Shown here one piece after another: positions 1 through 8,699 of a stretch of DNA of 64,000 nt. Numbering within the stretch: position 1 is the stretch's first letter; each line of letters starts with the position of its first letter. This DNA comes from a virus. The stretch lies in IMG/VR virus record IMGVR_UViG_3300037313_001714, positions 32,001 to 96,000 of that record; one strand, written 5' to 3'. The notes beneath the pieces are model-generated. The model did not search any database. It saw only the letters and a list, made by a program, of their open reading frames with translations, and was not told the DNA's origin. The translations under genes were made by a program, and so were the position numbers.

Positions 1-276
1 CTGGTGCGCCACCCACTGCGCGTCCGCCTTCGCCTTGAACTCCGGGTCGTTCTTGCGGCGATGATTGACATACGCCTTCATGTATGCGCGACGCGCCGCT
101 TTCTTTTCAGGCGTGTCCGTCTCGCGCCGGTAGCGACTCTTTTGCTTGCAGGCATCTGAGCAGTACAAGCCGTTGTAGCCCATCGGGTCAGGCTCGAACG
201 CCCGTTGGCAAGTGCGACAGATACGCTCGCCAACTTCGCGATCGCCGTAATCCTCGCGACCAGCAGTCTTCGTCAT
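1..276 (-). CDS. Partial ORF (runs off window) with Zn-finger CxxC...YCSDAC, typical of HNH-endonuclease N-termini
   Basis: Hand translation MTKTAGREDYGDREVGERICRTCQRAFEPDPMGYNGLYCSDACKQKSRYRR...; ATG overlaps upstream TGA (TGATG); absent from ORF track. Confidence 0.55.
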   Translation of the reverse strand, partial: MTKTAGREDYGDREVGERICRTCQRAFEPDPMGYNGLYCSDACKQKSRYRRETDTPEKKAARRAYMKAYVNHRRKNDPEFKAKADAQWVAHQ

Positions 277-719
277 CAGTCACACCCTCTGCCAACGGTT
301 CCGCTGTCCGTTATGTCGCAGAAGTCCTTCCAATGGACCCAGCCCTTCGGACACAGGAATCCCCATTGACGATAGCGTGGGCCTGTCACGAACAGGGTCC
401 AACACTCGCCTCGGTCCAGCTCCACGCGATGCGCGAATCGGCCGGAAAGACGCAGACGCCGGTCACCCGCGACGAGGCGTTGAACGCCGGTCCTCGTGTG
501 TTCCAGGTAGCTTCCTTGCAGCAGCCAGCTGGCGTTAATCCACGGGTGGTCATGCATCGCCCTGTCGTCATCGGATCGGAGAAACCGGTGGACGTAGACG
601 TTGAAGAACCGGTTGCGCGGCAGCAGCCAGTGCCGCTCCAGGTACGGGTCGTCCGGCCCGCCGATCACGAAGTCGGGCTTTCTGTTGCGAGCCCAGCGCA
701 GGATGGCCTCGCGGATCAC
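276..719 (-). CDS. Cupin-fold phage protein
   Basis: HRFLRSDDDRAMHDHPW...AHRVEL...WTLFVTGP cupin-like His motifs; GTG start overlapping upstream TGA. Confidence 0.6.
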   Translation of the reverse strand: MIREAILRWARNRKPDFVIGGPDDPYLERHWLLPRNRFFNVYVHRFLRSDDDRAMHDHPWINASWLLQGSYLEHTRTGVQRLVAGDRRLRLSGRFAHRVELDRGECWTLFVTGPRYRQWGFLCPKGWVHWKDFCDITDSGTVGRGCD

Positions 720-1276
720 GCCGCCATCCTTGCCGCGGGCAGCGGCGGCAGGGTGTAGAAACCGCGGTCGACGCCGCGCCAGAAGCACTCCATCATGCGC
801 TCGGTGTCGTAGTCGGCCGCGTGGGCCGCTGCCGGGTCGTACGGCACGCCGAGCGCGAAGCACAGCTCGCCGAGCTTGGGGAACTTGCCGTCGGCGCAGG
901 CCCAGCGCGCGTTCTCCATGGTGCAAAAGCCGATGCCGTGCGGCAGCGTCAGGCCCACGCGCAGCAGCTCGCTGCCGATGAAGGGCAGGTCGAACTCGGC
1001 GTTGTGGGCCACCATGTAGTCGCAGGCGTCGAGCTTGGCGTGGATCGTCCTGGCGACGTCCTCCCACTTCGGGCACCCCACCAGCTCGGTGTAGCTGATG
1101 CCGTGCACGGCCTGGGCGCCGGCGCTGATCGCGCGGTCCGGGTCGATGCGCTGCACGTAGCGATCCACCAGCGCGCGCGTGGACCAGTCATAGGTGAGGA
1201 TGGCGATCTCGATGATCCGGTCGTTCGCCGAAATCTCGAGGCCGGTGGTCTCGGTGTCGATGGCGGCGAGCTTCAT
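716..1276 (-). CDS. DEDDh 3'-5' exonuclease (DNA Pol III epsilon-like)
   Basis: AIDTETTG (ExoI), AHNAEFD (ExoII), HAADYD (ExoIII); ATG at 1276 overlaps upstream stop. Confidence 0.9.
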   Translation of the reverse strand: MKLAAIDTETTGLEISANDRIIEIAILTYDWSTRALVDRYVQRIDPDRAISAGAQAVHGISYTELVGCPKWEDVARTIHAKLDACDYMVAHNAEFDLPFIGSELLRVGLTLPHGIGFCTMENARWACADGKFPKLGELCFALGVPYDPAAAHAADYDTERMMECFWRGVDRGFYTLPPLPAARMAA

Positions 1277-1689
1277 GCGTGCTCCAGCTCGTACGGCACG
1301 GCGGGCGCGCAGCGCGCGTACTCGTTCATGTAGAAGCGCAGCCGCCCGAGCAGCAGCTCCTTGTCCGACAGCGCCGGCAGTTCGGCTTCGCGCGGGCTGC
1401 GCGGGCCGAACAGGATGGCGATCACGCCCACGTCGATGCGAAACAGCGCCGCGAGCGACAGCCGCGCGCCCATGTATCTGCCGCGCAGGTAAATGCCGCC
1501 TACCCGCTCGACGGCCAGGCCGAGCGCCTTGAAGAACGGGTCCTGCGACAGCCAGTAGGCCGCGTCGCCGCAGGACTGGCCATCCTTCTCGCAGACGATC
1601 TGGTCGAGCGTGAAGCGCTCCTTGGGCACCGCGGCGAGGCGCTCGTACGCCAGGTCCAGCAGCTGCCAGTCGGTGTTCGGTCGGTACAT
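1273..1689 (-). CDS. Hypothetical protein
   Basis: GGAGG SD before ATG at 1689 (MYRPNTDW...); stop coupled to next start. Confidence 0.7.
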   Translation of the reverse strand: MYRPNTDWQLLDLAYERLAAVPKERFTLDQIVCEKDGQSCGDAAYWLSQDPFFKALGLAVERVGGIYLRGRYMGARLSLAALFRIDVGVIAILFGPRSPREAELPALSDKELLLGRLRFYMNEYARCAPAVPYELEHA

Positions 1690-1737
1690 TGCGCCTCCTG
1701 AAGTAGCGCGGTTCAAAGATCAGTGTCTCGTGATTGC

Positions 1738-1920
1738 TCAGGCGGGCGGTCGGCCCCGCGAATAGATCCAGCAGGCGCGGCAGAAGACGGTCTCCGGCAG
1801 CCGCCGGCGCGACAGGGTCCGCAGCCACACCCACTTGCGCGTCGCGCAGCCGTCGGGCACCCGCACCGGGCGCCAGGCGAACCAGCGGTGCCATTGCCGA
1901 ATGTCCTGGTCACGCTTCAT
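1738..1920 (-). CDS. Small phage hypothetical protein (WHRWFAWRPV motif)
   Basis: 60-aa ORF, ATGA-coupled to upstream gene. Confidence 0.6.
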   Translation of the reverse strand: MKRDQDIRQWHRWFAWRPVRVPDGCATRKWVWLRTLSRRRLPETVFCRACWIYSRGRPPA

Positions 1921-2801
1921 TGTCGCGTCACTGGTGACTTACATTGTACCTTGTACGAAACCAGCGTCGGGGCGCTCGCCTGCAGGAACCCGGTCATGAG
2001 CTTGCGGCCCTGCGCGACGCCCTCGTCCGTGGCCTTGCCGGAGCGCCGCACGATGTAGGGGACGTCGCCAATGCCCTCGACGTAGGCCTGGCTGAAGGCG
2101 ATCGCCGCGGCGTAGAACGAGTCGCGCAGCCGGATCGCGCCGACCTCGTCGGGCGCGGCGCAGATCATCTGCTGGGCCAGCACCGGCAGCGCCTGCAGCG
2201 GGTTCATGCCGGCCGTCATCTGCGGCGAGTACCAGGCGCGCAGCATCATCTTGTCGATGGCCGTCAGCGGCGCCGTCTGGCGCGGAAAATACGACAGCAC
2301 GGTGTCGCCGCTCGGGTGGCCGCGCAGACCCATCACGTGCATGAACTCGTGGTAGCGGCAGCGCCCCACGTCGGCCTCGCGCATCTGCGTGAGCGTGTGC
2401 GTGACCAGGAAGTCCTTGCTGCCGTAGTCGGTGAAGGTGACGCACGGCTGGTTGTCCGCCAGCGCCTTGTTGGGCAGCACCTCGACGATGACGTTGGCGT
2501 AACGCTTTGCATCCTCCTCGCGCGGCACTTCCACCAGCGGCACGCCCGCGGCGGCCGTCACATCGGCCAGCGCCTGCAGGATCTCGTCATGGTGCCGCTT
2601 GGCGTGCAGCCCGGTGATGTGCACCCGCATCGGCTGCTCCCAGCGGATCACCTCGACCGGCTCGCCCGACTGGTGCCACAGCACTTCCCACATGGTCTGG
2701 AGCTGGGCGCGCTCGGCGGCCAGCGGGGTCTCTTGCGCGCCCAGCCCGCTCGCGAACGCCAGGCCGGCGACGAGGGCAAGGACCGAAGAGCAGGCGCGCA
2801 T
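1917..2801 (-). CDS. Exported zincin-like metallopeptidase (DUF2927-like)
   Basis: N-terminal signal peptide; HEFMHVMGLRGH = HExxHxxGxxGH. Confidence 0.7.
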   Translation of the reverse strand: MRACSSVLALVAGLAFASGLGAQETPLAAERAQLQTMWEVLWHQSGEPVEVIRWEQPMRVHITGLHAKRHHDEILQALADVTAAAGVPLVEVPREEDAKRYANVIVEVLPNKALADNQPCVTFTDYGSKDFLVTHTLTQMREADVGRCRYHEFMHVMGLRGHPSGDTVLSYFPRQTAPLTAIDKMMLRAWYSPQMTAGMNPLQALPVLAQQMICAAPDEVGAIRLRDSFYAAAIAFSQAYVEGIGDVPYIVRRSGKATDEGVAQGRKLMTGFLQASAPTLVSYKVQCKSPVTRQ

Positions 2802-2807
2802 GGTCGG

Positions 2808-2889
2808 ATTATAGTCACCGCTGACTGAAACACCAGACGGTGTCCTGTTTCAGACTGGGGTTGATTGTATGTCACTTGTGACTTACACT
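2808..2889. promoter_or_regulatory. Divergent sigma70-type promoters, each with a palindromic site; both appear leaderless
   Basis: Plus: TTGATT(2861)-17 bp-TACACT(2884), site GTCACTTGTGACTT in spacer, ATG 2897. Minus: TATAAT at 2813-2808 adjacent to site AGTCACCGCTGACT, ATG 2801. Confidence 0.75.
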
Positions 2890-2896
2890 CTGCCAT

Positions 2897-4282
2897 ATGA
2901 AACGACTCAGCCTGCTGGCGCTGGTCGCGGCGTCGGCACTGTCTGCCTGTGGCGGTGGTGGTGGCTCCGGGAACGACCTGCAACCTTCCCCCTCTCCGCA
3001 ACAGACCTCGCCCGAGGTCTACCCGGCCGCATCCACCGACGGCAGCCTGCTGTCGGCGATCGACGCGCGCTTCAAGGTCCATCCGCGCCCTGCCCCGGCC
3101 CCGGCACCCGCGCCGGCACCCGCCCCGAGCTGCAGCGCGCCCGCGTGGAGCACCACGACGCGCTACATGGGCGGCGAGCTGGTCACGGACCCCGGCAACG
3201 GCCAGGTCTACGTGGCGGTGGTGCTCGACCCGTCCATCTGGAATGTCAACAGCGAGCCGATGTGGACGCCGCAGTACTGGACGCCCGCGCCTGGCTGCGT
3301 CACACCGGCCCCGGCGCCAGCGCCAGCGCCCAGCCCCGCCCCCGCGCCGACTCCTGCGCCGACCCCGGCGCCCGCGCCTGGCGGCATTCCGTCGATCAGC
3401 GTCAGCTCCAACCCGAACGTGTGGCTGCAGACCGGCCCCGACGCCGCGGGCGCGGCCTACTGGGCCTCCAGCGACCCGTGGGGCGCCACCGGCCTCACCG
3501 CCGGCACCTACACCGGCATCACCGGCACGACCTACGAGCAGGCGCTGGGCATCGCGACCGATGCCTCCAACGGCGCGGCCGCGCGCTTCACCTGGAAGTG
3601 GCCCACCGGCCAGACCGAGGTGAAGGCCTACCCGTCGATCCTGGCCGGCGACAAGCCGGGTGAGGCCAACAGCGGCCCCGCCCCGGGTGGCCTGCCCGTG
3701 ATCCTGCCGGACGGCAGCACGTCGCAGACGGCGCCGTCTGGCGCCACGCCGGGGACGATCTTCCCGATGCAGCTGCCGCTGCCGCCGGTCTACAGCTCGT
3801 TCGCCTACTCGAGTGCGCTGCCCACCGGCCACGGCCACCTGTCCTACGACATCTGGCTGCAGAACACGCCCACTCAGTGCCACGGCTGGGACGCCTGCGG
3901 CGAGATCACGCACGAGATCATGATCCCGCTGGAGTACTGGGGCGGCTATGGCGCGTACCCGAACGGGCGCAACCCCGGCTGGTACGTCAAGGACGACATC
4001 ATCGATGGGCGCCTGTGGCACATCTACATCGCCAAGGACGGCTCGGGCAACTTCGTGCCGTTCGGCAGCGGCTGGAAGTTCATCGTCTTCGAGCCGGACG
4101 GCCCGGTCGCGCCTGGCACGCTGAACATCGGCGCCTTCATCAACTACCTGACCACGCAGTCCACGCCGAACGGCACCAAGTGGGCCAACGGCAACGAGTG
4201 GCTGGTGAGCGCCGAACTCGGCATCGAGCCGGTGGACGGTGAAGGCGACCTGACGATCTACGACTACCGCGTGTGGAAGTGA
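2897..4282 (+). CDS. Lipoprotein: Pro/Ala linkers, CBM5/12-like module and GH12-like endoglucanase domain
   Basis: Lipobox LSAC; AWSTTTRYMGGELV...QYW CBM-like; KAYPSI, YDIWL, HEIMIP (nucleophile), ELGIEP (acid/base) GH12 motifs. Confidence 0.75.
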   Translation: MKRLSLLALVAASALSACGGGGGSGNDLQPSPSPQQTSPEVYPAASTDGSLLSAIDARFKVHPRPAPAPAPAPAPAPSCSAPAWSTTTRYMGGELVTDPGNGQVYVAVVLDPSIWNVNSEPMWTPQYWTPAPGCVTPAPAPAPAPSPAPAPTPAPTPAPAPGGIPSISVSSNPNVWLQTGPDAAGAAYWASSDPWGATGLTAGTYTGITGTTYEQALGIATDASNGAAARFTWKWPTGQTEVKAYPSILAGDKPGEANSGPAPGGLPVILPDGSTSQTAPSGATPGTIFPMQLPLPPVYSSFAYSSALPTGHGHLSYDIWLQNTPTQCHGWDACGEITHEIMIPLEYWGGYGAYPNGRNPGWYVKDDIIDGRLWHIYIAKDGSGNFVPFGSGWKFIVFEPDGPVAPGTLNIGAFINYLTTQSTPNGTKWANGNEWLVSAELGIEPVDGEGDLTIYDYRVWK

Positions 4283-4304
4283 CGTTCGGTTTTCGCGAAA
4301 ACCG

Positions 4305-4329
4305 AAAAGGGGCCATCAGGCCCCTTTTT
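4305..4329. terminator. Bidirectional intrinsic terminator between convergent genes
   Basis: AAAAGGGGCC-ATCA-GGCCCCTTTTT. Confidence 0.85.
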
Positions 4330-4648
4330 CATGACTGTCTTGCGAAGCGCTTCCGCTAGAGGACAGGGCGGCGCAGAACTTGGTCCATGCCTCGTCGCCG
4401 AATGCGACGGCCGGTTGATGTGGGGACGCACGGTTGCGGTACACGGTCGCGCCGCACTCCTGCGCCAACTTCAGCACGTCGGGCTCGCTTGCTGCGGCTG
4501 CCTGGGGTGCGACGACCTCAGCCTCGAACGCTGGATGGATGTGCGCATCCTCCAGAACCAGCTGTGGATGTACGTCTTCGTAGCCTTCTGGGCGCTTCAG
4601 GCGCACCAGCACATCGCTTGCTGCGGCTGCTTCTCGCTCAGTCGTCAT
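4316..4648 (-). CDS. Hypothetical protein
   Basis: ORF MTTEREAA..., last gene of the leftward small-ORF operon. Confidence 0.6.
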   Translation of the reverse strand: MTTEREAAAASDVLVRLKRPEGYEDVHPQLVLEDAHIHPAFEAEVVAPQAAAASEPDVLKLAQECGATVYRNRASPHQPAVAFGDEAWTKFCAALSSSGSASQDSHEKGA

Positions 4649-4883
4649 GGGGCACCTCCACGCCAATACGACGCGCCAGTTCTTGACGCGATCGCAGCGG
4701 GCCAGACGAATTGGCAATGTCCCAGAGCGCGGCCTTTCGGAAGTCGCGCCTCCACTTCCACCACCAGATACGGTTTAGCAGACGCTTAATCGGTGCGCGA
4801 ATCAGCGAGGCTAACAAGATCAGGACGGCGATGGCTGGTGGAATGAGGATGCAAGCGAGAGGGGAGAGCGTGTCAGTCGCCAT
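4638..4883 (-). CDS. Small membrane protein
   Basis: One hydrophobic N-terminal segment followed by basic residues. Confidence 0.55.
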   Translation of the reverse strand: MATDTLSPLACILIPPAIAVLILLASLIRAPIKRLLNRIWWWKWRRDFRKAALWDIANSSGPLRSRQELARRIGVEVPHDD

Positions 4884-4910
4884 GACGCTCTCCTTGAAGG
4901 GCGGCGTCGA

Positions 4911-5126
4911 TCATGACCTGTCTCCATTCATGCGTTGCCGGTACAGCGCCACGGGCGACATCTTGCACGCCTTGTCCGGCACCTTGCCGCCATCGCGGCA
5001 GATCCACAGCGTCACGCACGGCAGCACATTGATGCACCAGCGCCGGCTGAAGCCGCTGTAGTGCGCGCCGATCCACAGCGCGAGCGGCTGGAACAGAACG
5101 CCCCAGCGCGTGCCGTAGCCCTTCAT
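4911..5126 (-). CDS. Hypothetical protein
   Basis: MKGYGTRWGVLFQP...; ATGA-coupled. Confidence 0.55.
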   Translation of the reverse strand: MKGYGTRWGVLFQPLALWIGAHYSGFSRRWCINVLPCVTLWICRDGGKVPDKACKMSPVALYRQRMNGDRS

Positions 5127-5491
5127 GCCAGCAGCTCCTCCGGCACGTCCACCTCCTCGCCCAGCTTGCTGGCCACGAAGCAGCGCATGGCGGCAATGAG
5201 GGGCGTGGGCGCGTCGGGACCGAAGTTGCCGTACTCGGTCGAGTCGCTTGCCATCCACGCGCCATGACGCAGGCGGCGAATAGCGATGCCTTCGCGCTCG
5301 ATGATCGGCCCGCACAGCGCCCAGTCCAGGGCGCTCACCTGGCGCGTGCGGCAGCGAACCACGTGCGCGACCGTGACGACGCCGGCGGCGTCCTTTGACT
5401 CGATCGTCCTGACGAAAGGCTCCCAGCCCTCGGCCAGGCACGCCGTCCACAGCAGGGCCTGACCGGTCAGCTCCGTGGCCTGAATCTTCAC
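5123..5491 (-). CDS. NinX/DUF2591-family phage protein
   Basis: DWALCGPIIERE...PTPLIAAMRCFVASKLGEEVDVPEEL signature; GTG start. Confidence 0.8.
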   Translation of the reverse strand: MKIQATELTGQALLWTACLAEGWEPFVRTIESKDAAGVVTVAHVVRCRTRQVSALDWALCGPIIEREGIAIRRLRHGAWMASDSTEYGNFGPDAPTPLIAAMRCFVASKLGEEVDVPEELLA

Positions 5492-5643
5492 AGTCTCACC
5501 TCGATGGCTTTGCCGGACAGCGTGGGCACCTTGCAGCCAGTCGTGTCTTCCGGCGTCAGGGTGAACGCGAGCCACAACGTGTACGCGCCGATCAGGGCGA
5601 ACGCCACGCCAAACGTCTTGAGCAAGAATCTGAAGAACTTCAT
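5488..5643 (-). CDS. Small membrane protein (not in ORF track)
   Basis: MKFFRFLLKTFGVAFALIGAYTLWLAFTL...; coupled at both ends. Confidence 0.55.
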   Translation of the reverse strand: MKFFRFLLKTFGVAFALIGAYTLWLAFTLTPEDTTGCKVPTLSGKAIEVRL

Positions 5644-5864
5644 TGCAGCCTCCCATGCAACAGCATGTCCAGGCGCGGCGCATCGTCGCCCAGCAGCCCG
5701 AACGCCTTCTTGCGCCGGCGCAGCTCCACACCCTTGAGCGCTGCGGCGCGGGCCTGCTCATGGTCGAACTGGTGCGCGCGGCGCAGCGCGTGCGCCTTCT
5801 TGCCCGCCGCCGACGAGATCTCCTGCAGCTGCGGCGTGCCTTCGATGTCGGCGAAGTAGCTCAT
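5640..5864 (-). CDS. KGG/stress-induced repeat-like small protein
   Basis: QEISSAAGKKAHALRRAHQFDHEQARAAALKG resembles REIASKGG..AHEF..EEAR.AGRKG repeats. Confidence 0.55.
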   Translation of the reverse strand: MSYFADIEGTPQLQEISSAAGKKAHALRRAHQFDHEQARAAALKGVELRRRKKAFGLLGDDAPRLDMLLHGRLQ

Positions 5865-6037
5865 GCGGCAAACGACAGTTGGTAGGCGACATACAGGAGC
5901 GTGACGCTGGCCACCACGATGCCCAGCAGGATCAGCAGGCCGCCGTAACCCTTGGCGGTGTCGGTGCCGCCGATCACGCCGACGAGGATGCCCCACACGA
6001 CGAGCATCACCGCCGTCACAAAACTGAAAATCATCAT
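5861..6037 (-). CDS. Two-TM small membrane protein
   Basis: Two hydrophobic segments; coupled starts and stops. Confidence 0.6.
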   Translation of the reverse strand: MMIFSFVTAVMLVVWGILVGVIGGTDTAKGYGGLLILLGIVVASVTLLYVAYQLSFAA

Positions 6038-6516
6038 TTCCCTTTCGAAAACCCGCCGCAGAGCAGGCGGGTGACATCCATGGTCTTGTCCGCGAAGCCG
6101 GGTGCGTCCAGCTTGGGCAATTCCCACGACAACGGGCCGCGATCCGGCTCGCGTTGTTTCTTGCGTGACGCGGACGCCTCGAGCACGCCCACGCGGCGCG
6201 CCCAGGCATCCAGGTGGTCGCGCGTTTCAGCCTGGCTCTCGCCGATCCACTGGCCCTGCTCGATCAGGCGTGCGCAGGTGTCGTAGAACCGGCGAAAGAC
6301 GTCCATTTCGTTCTCGTCGTCATCGAACGTCACCGGCCCGGCGATCGCGTCCGTTTCCTGCCAGCTGTCGGAGGCGCACCAGGCGATCATTCGCGCGCTG
6401 GTCCTTGCGGCCCATGCGGCGACCTGCTCCTTCGCGTCCACGTCGGATAAGGTCCAGGAAGCGGGGCGGTCCGTCCCGACGCCGAAGCCGAATCCGCGGA
6501 TGTGTCCAACTTGCAT
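6034..6516 (-). CDS. Hypothetical protein
   Basis: 160-aa ORF in a tightly packed operon. Confidence 0.65.
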   Translation of the reverse strand: MQVGHIRGFGFGVGTDRPASWTLSDVDAKEQVAAWAARTSARMIAWCASDSWQETDAIAGPVTFDDDENEMDVFRRFYDTCARLIEQGQWIGESQAETRDHLDAWARRVGVLEASASRKKQREPDRGPLSWELPKLDAPGFADKTMDVTRLLCGGFSKGK

Positions 6517-6517
6517 T

Positions 6518-6709
6518 TCAAGGCTCCCAGCAGTCGATCTCGTCCTGCACGGCCTGCTTGGGGTCGTCCCAGCGCAGCAGGTCCGGACCCCACAGGTCTT
6601 CCTGCATGCGCGCAGCCTCCTCAGAGGCAGCCAGCGCCGTGTCGTAGCCGCAGTCCGTGCACTCGACGAACTCCATGAAGTAGGCGGCGATCCATTGGTG
6701 GCGGTTCAT
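6518..6709 (-). CDS. Hypothetical acidic protein
   Basis: MNRHQWIAAY...; TGATG coupling. Confidence 0.6.
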   Translation of the reverse strand: MNRHQWIAAYFMEFVECTDCGYDTALAASEEAARMQEDLWGPDLLRWDDPKQAVQDEIDCWEP

Positions 6710-7215
6710 CAGAAGGTCCCCCAGCCGTGCAGCGTGGCGGTGCGCTCGGCATCGAGCGCCCGTGCCTGTTCTTCCAGCTCGCGCTGGCGGGCCTCGCGCT
6801 CGGCGAGCTTTTCCGGCGAGTTGTCGGGCATGTCCTTCACCCGGAAGTCGCCGACGAAGCTCGGGTAGTAGTCGTCGGTGTTGTGCGTGCCGACCTCGAG
6901 GACGACCTTGTCGTTCTCCAGACACACGAACTGCACGGCGTCGTGCGTCGTGCTACCGACCTCTGGCGTCTTCTGCCCGCGCACCCGCACGGGGTGGAAG
7001 CGGTTGATCTGCGGCACGTACGGCACCACCACGATCTCCTTCATGCAGCTGCGGTAGCCGTCCTCCGGGTCCTCGATCGCCTGGTAGCAGACGCCGTCCA
7101 GCTCGAAGGTGATCGTGCTGGCGTCGCCGCCACCGTAGTCGTTTGTGTTGGCGATCTGGGCGGTGTCCACGCCGGTCAGATCGAACTCCTTGCCGACGAA
7201 ATCGTCCAGCGTCAT
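6709..7215 (-). CDS. Hypothetical protein ending GWGTF
   Basis: MTLDDFVGKEF...; TGATG coupling at both ends. Confidence 0.75.
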   Translation of the reverse strand: MTLDDFVGKEFDLTGVDTAQIANTNDYGGGDASTITFELDGVCYQAIEDPEDGYRSCMKEIVVVPYVPQINRFHPVRVRGQKTPEVGSTTHDAVQFVCLENDKVVLEVGTHNTDDYYPSFVGDFRVKDMPDNSPEKLAEREARQRELEEQARALDAERTATLHGWGTF

Positions 7216-7559
7216 CAGAAGGTCCCCCAGCCCTGTTCCACGCGCTCGGCCTGCACGCGGGCTGCTGCCCGCGCCACCTCGCAGCGCGAGGTCGCCAGCG
7301 CGCACAGGGCGCGCGCCACGTCGGTCACGCCTTGTTGGCGGCCGGTGAGCGTGTCGGCGGGCGTGATGACCAGGCCCAACTCCTTCGTGAACCAGCCCTC
7401 CTGCGGTCCGGCCAGGACGTCGTCGTCCGGCGGGTTGGTGTCGAACGGCCAGGGCTTGCGCTTGGACAGCCCTGCCTTGAGGGCCGCGCGGTCGGCGGCC
7501 GCGCGCTGGGCTTCCCCGAACTGCATCAACGCCTCGATGTCATCGGCGAGCTTGCCCAT
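7215..7559 (-). CDS. Hypothetical protein ending GWGTF
   Basis: MGKLADDIEAL...; TGATG coupling. Confidence 0.7.
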   Translation of the reverse strand: MGKLADDIEALMQFGEAQRAAADRAALKAGLSKRKPWPFDTNPPDDDVLAGPQEGWFTKELGLVITPADTLTGRQQGVTDVARALCALATSRCEVARAAARVQAERVEQGWGTF

Positions 7560-7963
7560 CACAGCTCCCTCCAGCCGTTCTCGATCAGCCTGGTGCAGAA
7601 GCTGTCCATCATTTCCTTCGCGTGGGCGGGCGAGGCGCAGCCGCCGTGACTGCGAAAGCCGCGCAGCGGCTTGCTCACGTAGAAGCTCGACTCCTGCATC
7701 TGGCGCTCCACCACCATCGGTTCCTTCTTCCAGAAGAAGCGTCGCTCCATCGGCGGCTTCTCGCGGGCGATGCGGCCCGCCTCGCACATCAGCTCGCTGA
7801 CGTCCTCGCTCACCAGCCCGCTGACGGCCTTCCAGGTCGCGGCGATGCCGGTGGAGAACTGGCTGTCGGTCAGCAGCCCGTTGCGCACGGCCGCCATCAG
7901 CCAGTCGAGCGTTTCGACGGTCTTGCGGTCCAGCTCTTCGCGCACGCTCGGCAGTTGAGTCAC
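7559..7963 (-). CDS. Hypothetical protein, first gene of the leftward small-ORF operon
   Basis: GTG start with GGAAG-like SD; promoter at about 8011-8052. Confidence 0.7.
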   Translation of the reverse strand: MTQLPSVREELDRKTVETLDWLMAAVRNGLLTDSQFSTGIAATWKAVSGLVSEDVSELMCEAGRIAREKPPMERRFFWKKEPMVVERQMQESSFYVSKPLRGFRSHGGCASPAHAKEMMDSFCTRLIENGWREL

Positions 7964-8060
7964 GGGTTACTCTTCCCTGAAAGCGGGCGATACCGCCCGC
8001 GAATGAACGCATCATAGAGAGTTGCGTCAGGAAAGCAAGTCAGCGGTGACTATTGCCGCA

Positions 8061-8699
8061 TCAGTGCACGAGGTGGCTCGAGTGCAGGAAGCCGGAGATG
8101 TTGCTCAACACCTGCATGGTGCGGCCGCAGGCGTTGTCCACGGCCTGCACGCGCTCGTCCAGGTCGGTGAGCAGCCGCGGCAGGTAGAAGTGCGCGCACT
8201 CCAGGCGCGGGTCCACCGTCAGGCCCAGGTACAGGCTGTTCAGGTGCTCGATGAACGCCGGGTTGGCCACCGCCTTGCCGTCGCGGCTCTCCTGCAGCGG
8301 GATGCCTGGCTGCACCAGGATCACGGTGGAGAACCACTTGTTGGTGGCGTCGAAGCAGGCCTGCACGTAGCAGGTGAAGCGGTCCTGCAGCTCCGGCGGC
8401 ACGCTGTCGCCGATCGCCTCGGCCATCGTGTAGCCCAGCATGTCGAGCGGCGTGCGGTCGGTGATCACCGTCAGGCCCGGCGGCGCCTGCGCGTAGAGCT
8501 GCTGCACGCCCGCCAGCACGATCTCTTGCAGCTGCAGGCGCGTGGCGAAGTCATAGCGGCCGGCCGCCGCAGGGTCGTAGCCCGCCGCGCGGATGATCTT
8601 GGACACCGAGGCGTCCAGGTAGACGCCTTCGATGAACTCCGCGTACTTCTTGGCGAGCGTGGTCTTGCCAACGCCCTGCGCGCCGACCAGGCCGATCAC
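8061..8699 (-). CDS. P-loop NMP-kinase-like protein (AAA_28/NadR type)
   Basis: GLVGAQGVGKTT Walker A; ITDRTPLD motif; next to dut and thyX. Confidence 0.75.
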   Translation of the reverse strand: MIGLVGAQGVGKTTLAKKYAEFIEGVYLDASVSKIIRAAGYDPAAAGRYDFATRLQLQEIVLAGVQQLYAQAPPGLTVITDRTPLDMLGYTMAEAIGDSVPPELQDRFTCYVQACFDATNKWFSTVILVQPGIPLQESRDGKAVANPAFIEHLNSLYLGLTVDPRLECAHFYLPRLLTDLDERVQAVDNACGRTMQVLSNISGFLHSSHLVH

